From Bradymonadales bacterium (GTDB lineage Bacteria; Bdellovibrionota; UBA2394): 20,000 nucleotides of DNA. Numbering within the stretch: the stretch's first letter is position 1; every line of letters starts with the position of its first letter. The position numbers and the translations under genes were made by a program. The notes under the pieces are model-generated. The model saw nothing but the letters and a program-made list of their open reading frames with translations, was not told where the DNA came from and did no database searches. Shown piece by piece: positions 1-7,846 of the stretch. The DNA lies in NCBI GenBank assembly GCA_007693605.1, contig REDG01000046.1, positions 51,060 to 71,059 on the forward strand, given 5' to 3'.

Positions 1-41
1 CGCAGCCGCCGAAGCAGGTGGGCCCTTAGCGACACTCCCAT
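1..41 (-). CDS. Probable 5' fragment of the next gene in the Tad-like operon (MGVSLRAHLLRRL...), truncated by the window edge
   Basis: ATG at 41-39 overlaps the TAA stop of the TPR-PilZ gene (TAATG). The frame is open to the edge but only 13 codons are visible. Confidence 0.35.
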   Translation of the reverse strand, partial: MGVSLRAHLLRRL

Positions 42-994
42 TAGACTGCAAGATGAAGGTTGATTAGATCTTCTTCCCTAGGAGAGAGGTGCTCAAACTT
101 CACGCCCCAATGTTTTTGATCTTTCTGGTAGATCAGTCGAGCGTAACCCCGAACCGGTTGCTTGTTTTGAAGCATCAGTGAAAAGTTGAATTCTTTCGGG
201 GGAGAGTCTGCTTGAATCAAACAACCTCCTGCTGAAAGAGACCTCACTCGCACATCCTGGGCGAAAAGACTGTCGAAAGAATTGCACATCATCGAATGGT
301 TCACAGGCTTTCGTCTCCACCGACGGCGAGCCCTCGAGCTACTTCTCTTTACAACCGAAGGCTTAGAGCTTGAAAAATCACGCCTCATTTTCTGAAGATA
401 ATCCCGAGCGATTTGATTCTGAGGTTGCTTCTCAAGAAGTTTTCTAAAACATTGAGCTGACTTCTCAAAGCTCTCTTGCTGAAAATACAAGGCCCCCATC
501 AAAATCAGAGCGCGAGAATGGCTGGGATTTCGATAGATCAATTCTCGACAGTATTTCATGACTTGATTCGCATTCTTGCTGGCATAGGCAGCATCTGAAG
601 CCATCTCCAACTCTTCAATATTCAGGCTAGAAATGTCCTTCAGCTCCACCAGTTCAAGAAGCCTCTCGTAGTTCTTTGCTTTGTATGCCCCACTCAGGCT
701 TTCAAATGGAGTGCTCGGCTGAAGCCTCTTTAACTGATCGATCACCTTTGAGAGACCAGAGAATTCTCGATGAACAATCTCTTTCTGAGAACTCGGTCGA
801 TCCACAGAGAGAAACCAAGACTTCAAACTCTCAAGTGCCTTAAGACACTCCGCGTCTGAGGATTGAATGAGATCAATGAAAGCTGTTACAATTCCCTGAG
901 CTTTCAGGTCTTTACGAAATTTCTGCACCGCATTTCCTTCCTGCTCCAGAATATCAAAATATTGCAAGAGATGGGGGGCTGGTGCCAGGAACAA
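41..994 (-). CDS. TPR-repeat protein with C-terminal PilZ domain
   Basis: TPR-like segments (NPSHSRALILMGALYFQQESFEKSAQCFRKLLEKQPQNQIA). The C-terminus has RRWRR (RxxxR), SLSAGG and a PilZ-like ending (WGVKFEHLS). TTG start. Confidence 0.75.
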   Translation of the reverse strand: MFLAPAPHLLQYFDILEQEGNAVQKFRKDLKAQGIVTAFIDLIQSSDAECLKALESLKSWFLSVDRPSSQKEIVHREFSGLSKVIDQLKRLQPSTPFESLSGAYKAKNYERLLELVELKDISSLNIEELEMASDAAYASKNANQVMKYCRELIYRNPSHSRALILMGALYFQQESFEKSAQCFRKLLEKQPQNQIARDYLQKMRRDFSSSKPSVVKRSSSRARRRWRRKPVNHSMMCNSFDSLFAQDVRVRSLSAGGCLIQADSPPKEFNFSLMLQNKQPVRGYARLIYQKDQKHWGVKFEHLSPREEDLINLHLAV

Positions 995-1004
995 AAGTTA
1001 CCAG

Positions 1005-1832
1005 TCATTTTGAAGCTCCAAAGCAGACCTGTTGAGGCCGCAATAGATCGCAGATCTCAGAAACTTCTCTTCGAAGCTCCAAGGCTCGACGAGAGTCTCT
1101 TTGGTCTATCCTCCATGCCTCCCAATATTTCTCTTCGGCGCGACGAAGAATCTCTGATCTAAAGACTCCAAAATCTTGAGGATAGTCAGAGAAAAGAAGC
1201 TTCCGAGCCGCTCCTAAGATATCTTCGCTCAAAATAAGCTGCGTGATCTCTTCTTCAATCAAGGCCTTTTCACGCGCTCGAAGAACTTTCTCTGGATGAC
1301 AAAACTGCGCCGCTCTTAGACTGTGCTCAAGCTGGCCGAGCTCCGCAAGGGCGAGCCTAAAGTTTTTCTGCCGAAGAGCCTCTGAAAAAATCCTATCTGA
1401 ACTTTGCCAAGCCTCTTGCCACTCGACGGACTGGCCACTGAGCCAGAGGTCGAATGAAGGGCAAGCAAACTCTTCTTTCGAACGAAGTGACGAACAAGAG
1501 AAAATCAAAACAAGTAAAAGTCCAATCAATGAGAAGCCAAGCATTCCGAAAGACCTGTGAGAGCTTGAAAAACTGAAAGGTCGCCAGTCCACCGCCAGAC
1601 TTCCTAGTTTGAAGATATGGCCTGGGGGCCATCGCTCCCGACTACCCGTCTGAAAGTTCTCGAACTCTTCCCTCTTAAAGTCCAGCCGGCCCAAAAGAGC
1701 TTCGGCTTCAGGAACTTGAAAATCACAACTCTTGTCCGATCCGATCAGTATGTCTCTTGATTGAAATATCTTTCGACGAAGTTTCTCGCTTCTCGAATCC
1801 CAATATCGAAGATAGATGAGTTTAGGAATCAC
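1005..1832 (-). CDS. Membrane protein: N-terminal degenerate FHA-like domain, one TM helix, helical C-terminal domain
   Basis: ILIGSDKSCD...PGHIFKLGSL resembles the FHA pattern. Hydrophobic stretch FGMLGFSLIGLLLVLIF. GTG start overlaps the upstream gene by 11 nt. Confidence 0.55.
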   Translation of the reverse strand: MIPKLIYLRYWDSRSEKLRRKIFQSRDILIGSDKSCDFQVPEAEALLGRLDFKREEFENFQTGSRERWPPGHIFKLGSLAVDWRPFSFSSSHRSFGMLGFSLIGLLLVLIFSCSSLRSKEEFACPSFDLWLSGQSVEWQEAWQSSDRIFSEALRQKNFRLALAELGQLEHSLRAAQFCHPEKVLRAREKALIEEEITQLILSEDILGAARKLLFSDYPQDFGVFRSEILRRAEEKYWEAWRIDQRDSRRALELRREVSEICDLLRPQQVCFGASK

Positions 1833-2799
1833 CTGAAAACTCCCAGTTGAGCTGTAGTTCGTAGAAAGCGGGGCCCATCACAAGATACAGACATCCCGGA
1901 AAGCAAAGAAAAACGAGCGGCAATAGACTTAAAAGTGAGTCTTTTCTCAGTCGATACTCCGCCAATGCGAAGAGCCTCTGGCTCTCTTCCTGACTCATGC
2001 GATCTAAAAACTGAGCCACTCCCACTCCCGTCTTCATCGTCCATGAGATCCCTAAGAGAATTCGATCCCAGGGGCTGACCATCTTTGGCAAGCTTTCCTC
2101 CAGACGAGATTGAAAGCTTTGGGTCTGATTTTTTCGCTGAATGCTTGCCAAACAAGAGGGTAAACGAAGCCCTTTGGCCATTTCGCCCCAGGCTGATTGA
2201 ATATCCTCCCCGGCTTGAATCCGAATGGAAAGAAAGTGAAGGGCCGGCAGACCGCAAACCTCTTGCTGCAATCGTTTCTCACTTCGAATTGAAATCCGAT
2301 GAAGCAGAAAGGCGCCAAGCCCCAAAGGAAAGAGCCCGTACAGAAACAAGTCCCATCGCCCAAAGTGAAGAAAACTTCTGAAGAGATCTGGCAGTAAAAT
2401 GGGCAAAACCACCGCCAGAACAAAGCAAAACAGAAGACAGAAGCCCCCTTGGGCGATGGGAATGAGAAAGAGATTCCGCTGAATCTCGCGTACTCGACTC
2501 AATTGAAAGATGAGATCCTGAAATTGAGAAAGGGCCTGAATGAGAGAGCCCTGTCCCTTCTGCTGGATCAATAAGATTTCAAAGAAGATCGACTCTTCTT
2601 CTCTTAAAGCTTCAGCTCTTTTTTTCAAAAGAAAAGGCTGAGCCCCCATCGTCTCAATTTCGGCGACCCAACGACGAGCCAAAGGAGCTTGCTTTGAGTT
2701 GGACTGAGCCAGCCATTGCAGGGCAGCCACCCAGTCTCTCCCCGCCTGAAGACTCATCAGAAAAAGCTCGTTGAGTTGTTGAATCTCCTTTAGTTTCAT
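1822..2799 (-). CDS. Tad inner-membrane platform protein with two T2SS-F-like domains (TadB-TadC fusion)
   Basis: Two repeats of the F-domain start (LMSLQAGRDWVAAL; SIRIQAGEDIQSAW), a central TM pair and a TadC-type end (LLPLVFLCFPGCLYLVMGPA). ATGA overlap with the ATPase gene. Confidence 0.75.
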   Translation of the reverse strand: MKLKEIQQLNELFLMSLQAGRDWVAALQWLAQSNSKQAPLARRWVAEIETMGAQPFLLKKRAEALREEESIFFEILLIQQKGQGSLIQALSQFQDLIFQLSRVREIQRNLFLIPIAQGGFCLLFCFVLAVVLPILLPDLFRSFLHFGRWDLFLYGLFPLGLGAFLLHRISIRSEKRLQQEVCGLPALHFLSIRIQAGEDIQSAWGEMAKGLRLPSCLASIQRKNQTQSFQSRLEESLPKMVSPWDRILLGISWTMKTGVGVAQFLDRMSQEESQRLFALAEYRLRKDSLLSLLPLVFLCFPGCLYLVMGPAFYELQLNWEFSGDS

Positions 2800-4169
2800 G
2801 CCGCCCTGTCTCGCTCGAAGCCTCCAAAAACTCTTGAGAGCAAGAATTGTCGACCCTCTCTGCCCTTCAGTTCGGAAACTTCTGCGATTCGCCTTTGGTT
2901 GGAAGCATCCTTTTCACAAAAAATGACCACATCAATATTTCTGGAAATGAGTTCCATCAACTCCTGCTCCCCCAGACCCGGGCTGGCGAGCTGAACAAGA
3001 CAGTAAAATCTCCATAAAGCGTCTCTGGCTGAGTTGGCATGAAGGCTGGTCAGACTCCCCCGATGGCCTGTGTTCAATGCCAACAACATATCCCAGGCTT
3101 CTGAACCCCGAACCTCACCAATTAGAATTCGATCTGGTCGCATCCTTAAACTGTCTTTCACGAGCGCTCGAAGACCCCGATCTGAACTTGTTTGTAGGTA
3201 GCAGGTATTCACCCGCCCCCTCTGAAGTTCTGGAACATCCTCCATCACGATCAGCCTTTCGATGGGATTTAGATTCCCCACGAGAGCGCCAAGAAGAGTG
3301 GTCTTACCGGAGCCAGTCGCTCCGCAGACAAGAATGCTCTTTCTTCGCTCGAGATAGGACTGCAAGCATTTGAGCATTTCTCGATCAAACATCCCCTTGG
3401 TCATTAGCTCCTCTAGTTTCAAGGGCGAAACAAAGTGCTTTCTGATCGACAGATAGAGCTCCCCTTGAGTCAATGGGGGACCCAGCACATGACAGCGCGC
3501 CCTGGGCTCCATGATCTCGAATTCCACCGACGGGTTCTTCTCGTCAAAGACTTGAGAATATCGATTAAGAAGATTTTCAATATAAAGCTGATAGCTCTCC
3601 CTCTTCGAAAACTGAAGCTTCGACCTTTCAAGCTGACCTGACTTTTCGACCCAGATTTCTTGATCACTCAAACAAAGAATGTCAGAGACCTCAGTGTCGG
3701 AGAGAAGCTTTTCGACTGGCCCCTTTAGTTTTAGTTCACTCCACTCCCGCGTAAGAAAGTCCTTCAACTCGTTCGGAATGGGGCCAGAGAAAAAGTGAAG
3801 TTTAGAGAGGCTTTGAATCACTTCTTCCATCTCTGTCTCGCTTCGACAGCTCATTTCTCTTTTGAAGTGATCACTTAAGAAACTTTGATGCGCATTGAGC
3901 AAGGCGGGGCCGTCTAGAATGCGAAAGCGGCAGCCTCCCCACTCTAGATCTTGATCTCCATCCCGCTCCAACTCCAACTCACAACGACCCCAAAGATCCT
4001 GCAAAATCCAAACTCCATCCCTTTGATGAATGAGACCATGGAGGGGTCGAAAGTTCTTAGAGTTCAATCGAATGTGATTGGTGATGGCACTTCCGAGGCT
4101 GAGCCCCTCTCTTAAAAGATGAAAGCGTATCGGCGCCTCACTCGCTTCAATGAACCGAAGCCATCTCAA
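2796..4169 (-). CDS. cpaF: CpaF/TadA-family pilus assembly ATPase with N-terminal FHA-like domain
   Basis: Walker A GATGSGKTT, Asp box MEDVPEL, LRMRPDRILIGEVRG (Walker B), His box TGHRGSLTSLHANS, and GPVEKLLSDTEVSDI. TTG start overlaps the secretin stop (TTGA). Confidence 0.93.
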   Translation of the reverse strand: MRWLRFIEASEAPIRFHLLREGLSLGSAITNHIRLNSKNFRPLHGLIHQRDGVWILQDLWGRCELELERDGDQDLEWGGCRFRILDGPALLNAHQSFLSDHFKREMSCRSETEMEEVIQSLSKLHFFSGPIPNELKDFLTREWSELKLKGPVEKLLSDTEVSDILCLSDQEIWVEKSGQLERSKLQFSKRESYQLYIENLLNRYSQVFDEKNPSVEFEIMEPRARCHVLGPPLTQGELYLSIRKHFVSPLKLEELMTKGMFDREMLKCLQSYLERRKSILVCGATGSGKTTLLGALVGNLNPIERLIVMEDVPELQRGRVNTCYLQTSSDRGLRALVKDSLRMRPDRILIGEVRGSEAWDMLLALNTGHRGSLTSLHANSARDALWRFYCLVQLASPGLGEQELMELISRNIDVVIFCEKDASNQRRIAEVSELKGREGRQFLLSRVFGGFERDRAA

Positions 4170-5275
4170 TTCAAATCCTCTCTTTCCTTTTCAATTCTCC
4201 ATGGCCCCTCTGGTTCGGTGGCTGTCACAAAGATATAGGCTTCGCTCTCTTGACGGCGATAGGATCGACTTTGCAACAAGTTGCCGAGCAGTGGAACCCT
4301 GTCAATTCCTGGAACCGCCTGGCGAAAGCCGCTCTTTGATAGCTGATAGAGCCCAGCAATGGCAGAAGTCTCTCGAAGACGAATTCGACTGTTTGTTGTC
4401 AGTCGTTTGTGTTGAATCAATGGAAGACCATCAATTCCCCCCGCGAGATCGGGCTCTCGAATGCTGGCCTCCACTTTGAGGTCAATCTGATCTTCGCCAA
4501 CGAATCGGACTTCAAAGCCCAGATTCAGCCCGTACCGAATCCGCTCAATCGAAGACCTCTGCCGGCCTGAGAGTCTAACGGCATACTCTCCTCCGGCTTC
4601 GAACTGCGCCGGCAGTCCTTCTCTCGAAACAAGAGATTGTTTGTGATGAATCGTGGCGTCTCCCTCTGCGAGGGCCAGGTCGAGAAAACTCCCTATCGGA
4701 TTGATGCCTTCAATTTGAAGGGCTGATGCCGTTCGAAGATGCAGGCTTGTTAAGAAATCAATCGGGCTACCGAATCGCAAGCCCAGGTCCTGTAAACGAC
4801 TCTTCCGTATCTCAATGAAGGCCAGCTCCAGACGCACTTGACGAGAGGGGGCTTTAGGCTGAATAGAAGGGCGGAGTTCCGAACGGATGGGAAGACCCCA
4901 GCCTCTGACTTCTCGGATCAAGCTCGGATCCTCTGAACTCAAATGAAGAACCCCAGCTTTGATCTGGAGTTCAGCCCTAGGAGAAATCTGGCGAACTGCC
5001 TCTCTCAGATCCTCTAGGAGCTCATTCGAAACATCCAGATCAAGTTCAATTTGGGAATTTGATCGCATCACAAACTCATGGAGAGTCTCTAGGTCTTGTG
5101 CTCGATAAACCTTCCCCCGAAAGCTCGCTCTCTCTTCATCATTAAAAAATTCGAGGCCCGGTAGTCGTTCTGCAAAATTTCGAGCATCTCTCCACAGACC
5201 AGGGTTCTGATCTGAAATCCTTTGATCCCAGGCTTGAAGGGAAAAACTGACGCAAAGTAGGGCGAGAGCAAGCAT
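4166..5275 (-). CDS. RcpA/CpaC-type outer-membrane secretin
   Basis: Signal-peptide-like N-terminus (LALALLCVSFSLQA). Secretin core QVRLELAFIEIRKSRLQDLGLRF, AQFEAGGEY, PGIDRVPLLGNLLQSRSYRRQESEAYIFVT. Adjacent to cpaF. Confidence 0.88.
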   Translation of the reverse strand: MLALALLCVSFSLQAWDQRISDQNPGLWRDARNFAERLPGLEFFNDEERASFRGKVYRAQDLETLHEFVMRSNSQIELDLDVSNELLEDLREAVRQISPRAELQIKAGVLHLSSEDPSLIREVRGWGLPIRSELRPSIQPKAPSRQVRLELAFIEIRKSRLQDLGLRFGSPIDFLTSLHLRTASALQIEGINPIGSFLDLALAEGDATIHHKQSLVSREGLPAQFEAGGEYAVRLSGRQRSSIERIRYGLNLGFEVRFVGEDQIDLKVEASIREPDLAGGIDGLPLIQHKRLTTNSRIRLRETSAIAGLYQLSKSGFRQAVPGIDRVPLLGNLLQSRSYRRQESEAYIFVTATEPEGPWRIEKEREDLN

Positions 5276-5324
5276 ACGATGAGACGACCTGCAGCTTCTG
5301 GGCCACCACTCAGACTAAGAAAAT

Positions 5325-5405
5325 CCAGAAGGTTCTGGGGCCTATGCCCCCGAAAACCGGAAAGACTTCCGAAAAGCTCTCAGGGCTAGTGGTCCAACCA
5401 CTAGC
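5325..5405. repeat. Cluster of short inverted repeats in the divergent intergenic region
   Basis: CCAGAA-gg-TTCTGG (5325-5338), GGGGC-ctat-GCCCC (5337-5350), CGGAA-agac-TTCCG (5358-5371), GCTAGTGGT-cca-ACCACTAGC (5385-5405). Confidence 0.6.
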
Positions 5406-5533
5406 ATCGAAGGACGAGGGGCAGAACGGAATAGCTCGTAGTGAACGGCTCACTTGGATGAGAACTTAAAAAATTCAATCTTTTCAGTGACTTCCAACTC
5501 AATTCCAGCTGCCGATGCCCTTTAAATGAATTT

Positions 5534-5542
5534 TGATAAACT
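5534..5542 (+). promoter_or_regulatory. Putative extended -10 promoter (leaderless) for the protease gene
   Basis: TGaTAAACT, 7 nt before ATG 5550. No Shine-Dalgarno. Confidence 0.55.
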
Positions 5543-5549
5543 ATAGACA

Positions 5550-7130
5550 ATGAGCGCCCAGGCCTGCCCTCGTTGTGGTGAACGACTTCGTCGAGAGGCG
5601 CGACAATGTAGACATTGCTTAGAAAATGTCTCGCTTGAGGCCTGGCTCAAAAGACCACTCTCCGACCGAGAGGCCTACGCCTTCTTTCGAGGCTGGCAGA
5701 ACCTGCATTACGAGAATGCTGAGAAGGTCAATTGGAGCGACTACTCCAGCGCCAAAAGAGAGTTGAGCTCTCCACCAAAGAGGGCTCTCGTGTCTGAACT
5801 TTCGCTGGCTCAGTTTGAGGATTTTGAGAGCCGATTTTCAGACTACCCCATTGAAAAACGAGCAAAGATCGTTTCCAGCCCCGAGTTGGAGCCAAAGACT
5901 TCTAAGCCGTCTCAAGTCTATCGAGTTTTGGTGGGTGTAGCCGCAGTATCTCTTATCATTGTGTCTGCTCTTGTCTGGAGTGAGCGACTGTCGGAAGAGG
6001 CTCCTCGAACGGAGCTGTCGCAGAGTTCGGGGCAGGACTTTGAGTTTCGTTTTGATCTTCAGCCCGAAGCCGAAACCAAGACCCGCGAGCCAGTTCATCA
6101 CCAAGAGCCCAGTCTCATTCCCTCTCCGGTTGATCCCCAGGTTCAAATTGAGAGAGCTCTAAACTCCACCGTCTTCATTCGAGATGCCGGAGGTCTAGGC
6201 TCCGGATTTTTCATCTCCGCCGACGGTCATCTGCTCACCAACTACCATGTGATCGAAAAAATGGAGTCTCCAAGAGTCATTCTGCGAGATGGGAGGGAGT
6301 TTCGAGGAGAAGTCTTGGCAAGGGATCAAAGTCGAGACTTAGCCCTCCTAAAAGTTCCCGCCCACGGGCTGAGCTACCTCCGCATGGGGGATGCTCATCG
6401 CCTCTACCCCGGAGAAAGCGTACTAACGATCGGAAATCCTGCTGGCCTGAGTTTTACACTCACCAAAGGGGTTGTCAGCTTTGTTGGTCGACCCATTGGC
6501 TCTGTTCTCTATATTCAAACCGACTCCGCGATCAACCCCGGAAACAGTGGCGGCCCGATGATCAATCAAAACTTCGAAGTGGTTGGAGTCAACACCCTAA
6601 CGGCAAGAGTTGAGAAAGGAATCTCTTTCTCCGTACCCATCAACTACGCCTATCATGGAATCGCCTCTGGGCTCGGAGACTACCCCAAAGACGCTCCCCC
6701 TTTTCAGAATGCCCCAAACTCAGGGAGATCTATCGCTTCAAACGATCCCAGGGCCCCAGGCTCTAGCAGTGATATCCCCTACGAGAGAGAACTGTTTCAA
6801 TTGCAGAACCAAGCAGAACAGCGCATTCAAGAGCTTAAGAGACGGGCACGAGGCCTCACATCGCAAGCGGTTCAATTGCACCAAGATCTTCAGAAGAGTC
6901 GAATTCTTCATGAGAGACAAAGACTGCAATCTCAGCTCAAAGAGACAGAGACTGAAATTGAAAGGATCAGCCGAGAGGTCACCCAAGAGCGCATTCGCTT
7001 CATTCGACGAGTAGTGGCCGTTTTACAACGGCAACTGGGAGACTCCAATCTGATAGCCTATCGACAAGAAATTCAGTCGAGAATTCAGGAGCTTGAACAA
7101 CAGCGACGCACTCTCGAAATGAATCTATAG
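5550..7130 (+). CDS. Membrane-anchored trypsin-like (S1C/HtrA-like) serine protease with N-terminal zinc ribbon and C-terminal coiled coil, no PDZ
   Basis: CPRC...CRHC; TM helix VLVGVAAVSLIIVSALVW; catalytic motifs LTNYHV, DLALLKV, INPGNSGGP; Q/E/R/L-rich helical tail. Confidence 0.88.
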   Translation: MSAQACPRCGERLRREARQCRHCLENVSLEAWLKRPLSDREAYAFFRGWQNLHYENAEKVNWSDYSSAKRELSSPPKRALVSELSLAQFEDFESRFSDYPIEKRAKIVSSPELEPKTSKPSQVYRVLVGVAAVSLIIVSALVWSERLSEEAPRTELSQSSGQDFEFRFDLQPEAETKTREPVHHQEPSLIPSPVDPQVQIERALNSTVFIRDAGGLGSGFFISADGHLLTNYHVIEKMESPRVILRDGREFRGEVLARDQSRDLALLKVPAHGLSYLRMGDAHRLYPGESVLTIGNPAGLSFTLTKGVVSFVGRPIGSVLYIQTDSAINPGNSGGPMINQNFEVVGVNTLTARVEKGISFSVPINYAYHGIASGLGDYPKDAPPFQNAPNSGRSIASNDPRAPGSSSDIPYERELFQLQNQAEQRIQELKRRARGLTSQAVQLHQDLQKSRILHERQRLQSQLKETETEIERISREVTQERIRFIRRVVAVLQRQLGDSNLIAYRQEIQSRIQELEQQRRTLEMNL

Positions 7131-7148
7131 TTTTTTGGGCAATTCTTA

Positions 7149-7177
7149 TTCTCAAGCATATACGCATTCGATAGGCT
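7149..7177 (+). promoter_or_regulatory. Putative sigma70 promoter (leaderless) for tmk
   Basis: TTCTCA-17 nt-TAGGCT-6 nt-ATG 7184. Confidence 0.5.
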
Positions 7178-7183
7178 TCTGGA

Positions 7184-7819
7184 ATGAATCACCAGGGCCT
7201 GCTTGTGAGCTTTGAGGGCGGCGAAGCCGTCGGAAAATCCACCCAGATCAAATTGCTTTTCAAAGCCCTCAAGAAAAAGGGCTACAAAGTCTATTTGACC
7301 AGAGAACCCGGAGGCACCCGACTTGGAGAAAAGATTCGAAAGCTCGTTAAGACCCAAAACATGAGCATCGAAGCCGAGCTTTTCTTGATTGAAGCCAGCC
7401 GCTCAGAACTGGTAGACAAGGAAATCCTCCCTCGACTGAAAAAATCAGAGGTCGTGCTCTGCGATCGATTTCAGGAATCCAGCTTGGTTTATCAATCCCT
7501 CTTGGGAGGAATTGCTTGGAAGTCGGTCAAGGATCTGAATCAACTCGCCACTCAAGGCCTCAAGTCCGACCTCGTTGTTTGGTTGGATCTTCCTGAGAAG
7601 GCCCTTAAAGGCCGCTTAAGGAAGAGATCGAAGAAACCCAAAAAGGACAAATTTGACTCCAGAGACTTTGAGTTTCACTCTAGGCTCTTGAGAGCCTATC
7701 GGAAGCTCGCTGCCAAGCAGAAGAGCCCCCCGATCAAGCGCTTTCGAGCAGATCAATCAGAAACTGCGCTTCACAAACAGATTCTAAAAGAGGTCGAAAA
7801 ACGCCTCAAAAGTCGCTAG
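7184..7819 (+). CDS. tmk: Thymidylate kinase
   Basis: FEGGEAVGKSTQ P-loop, TREPGGT, CDRF..SSLVYQ. Lies upstream of holB. Confidence 0.95.
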   Translation: MNHQGLLVSFEGGEAVGKSTQIKLLFKALKKKGYKVYLTREPGGTRLGEKIRKLVKTQNMSIEAELFLIEASRSELVDKEILPRLKKSEVVLCDRFQESSLVYQSLLGGIAWKSVKDLNQLATQGLKSDLVVWLDLPEKALKGRLRKRSKKPKKDKFDSRDFEFHSRLLRAYRKLAAKQKSPPIKRFRADQSETALHKQILKEVEKRLKSR

Positions 7820-7846
7820 GCTCTCAGGAACCTAGAACCAAAATTA

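Noticed and set aside
5337..5385. Glycine riboswitch suggested by CTCTCAGG after two hairpins; c-di-GMP riboswitch also considered
   Set aside because: The GGAGA and CCGAAG elements are missing, the gene context does not fit, and no GEMM-type GCAAA/GNRA arrangement is seen.
5276..5549. Flp pilin gene hidden upstream of the secretin
   Set aside because: Manual minus-strand translation gives only short ORFs (about 21 and 47 aa) with no G|xxxxEY motif followed by a hydrophobic helix.
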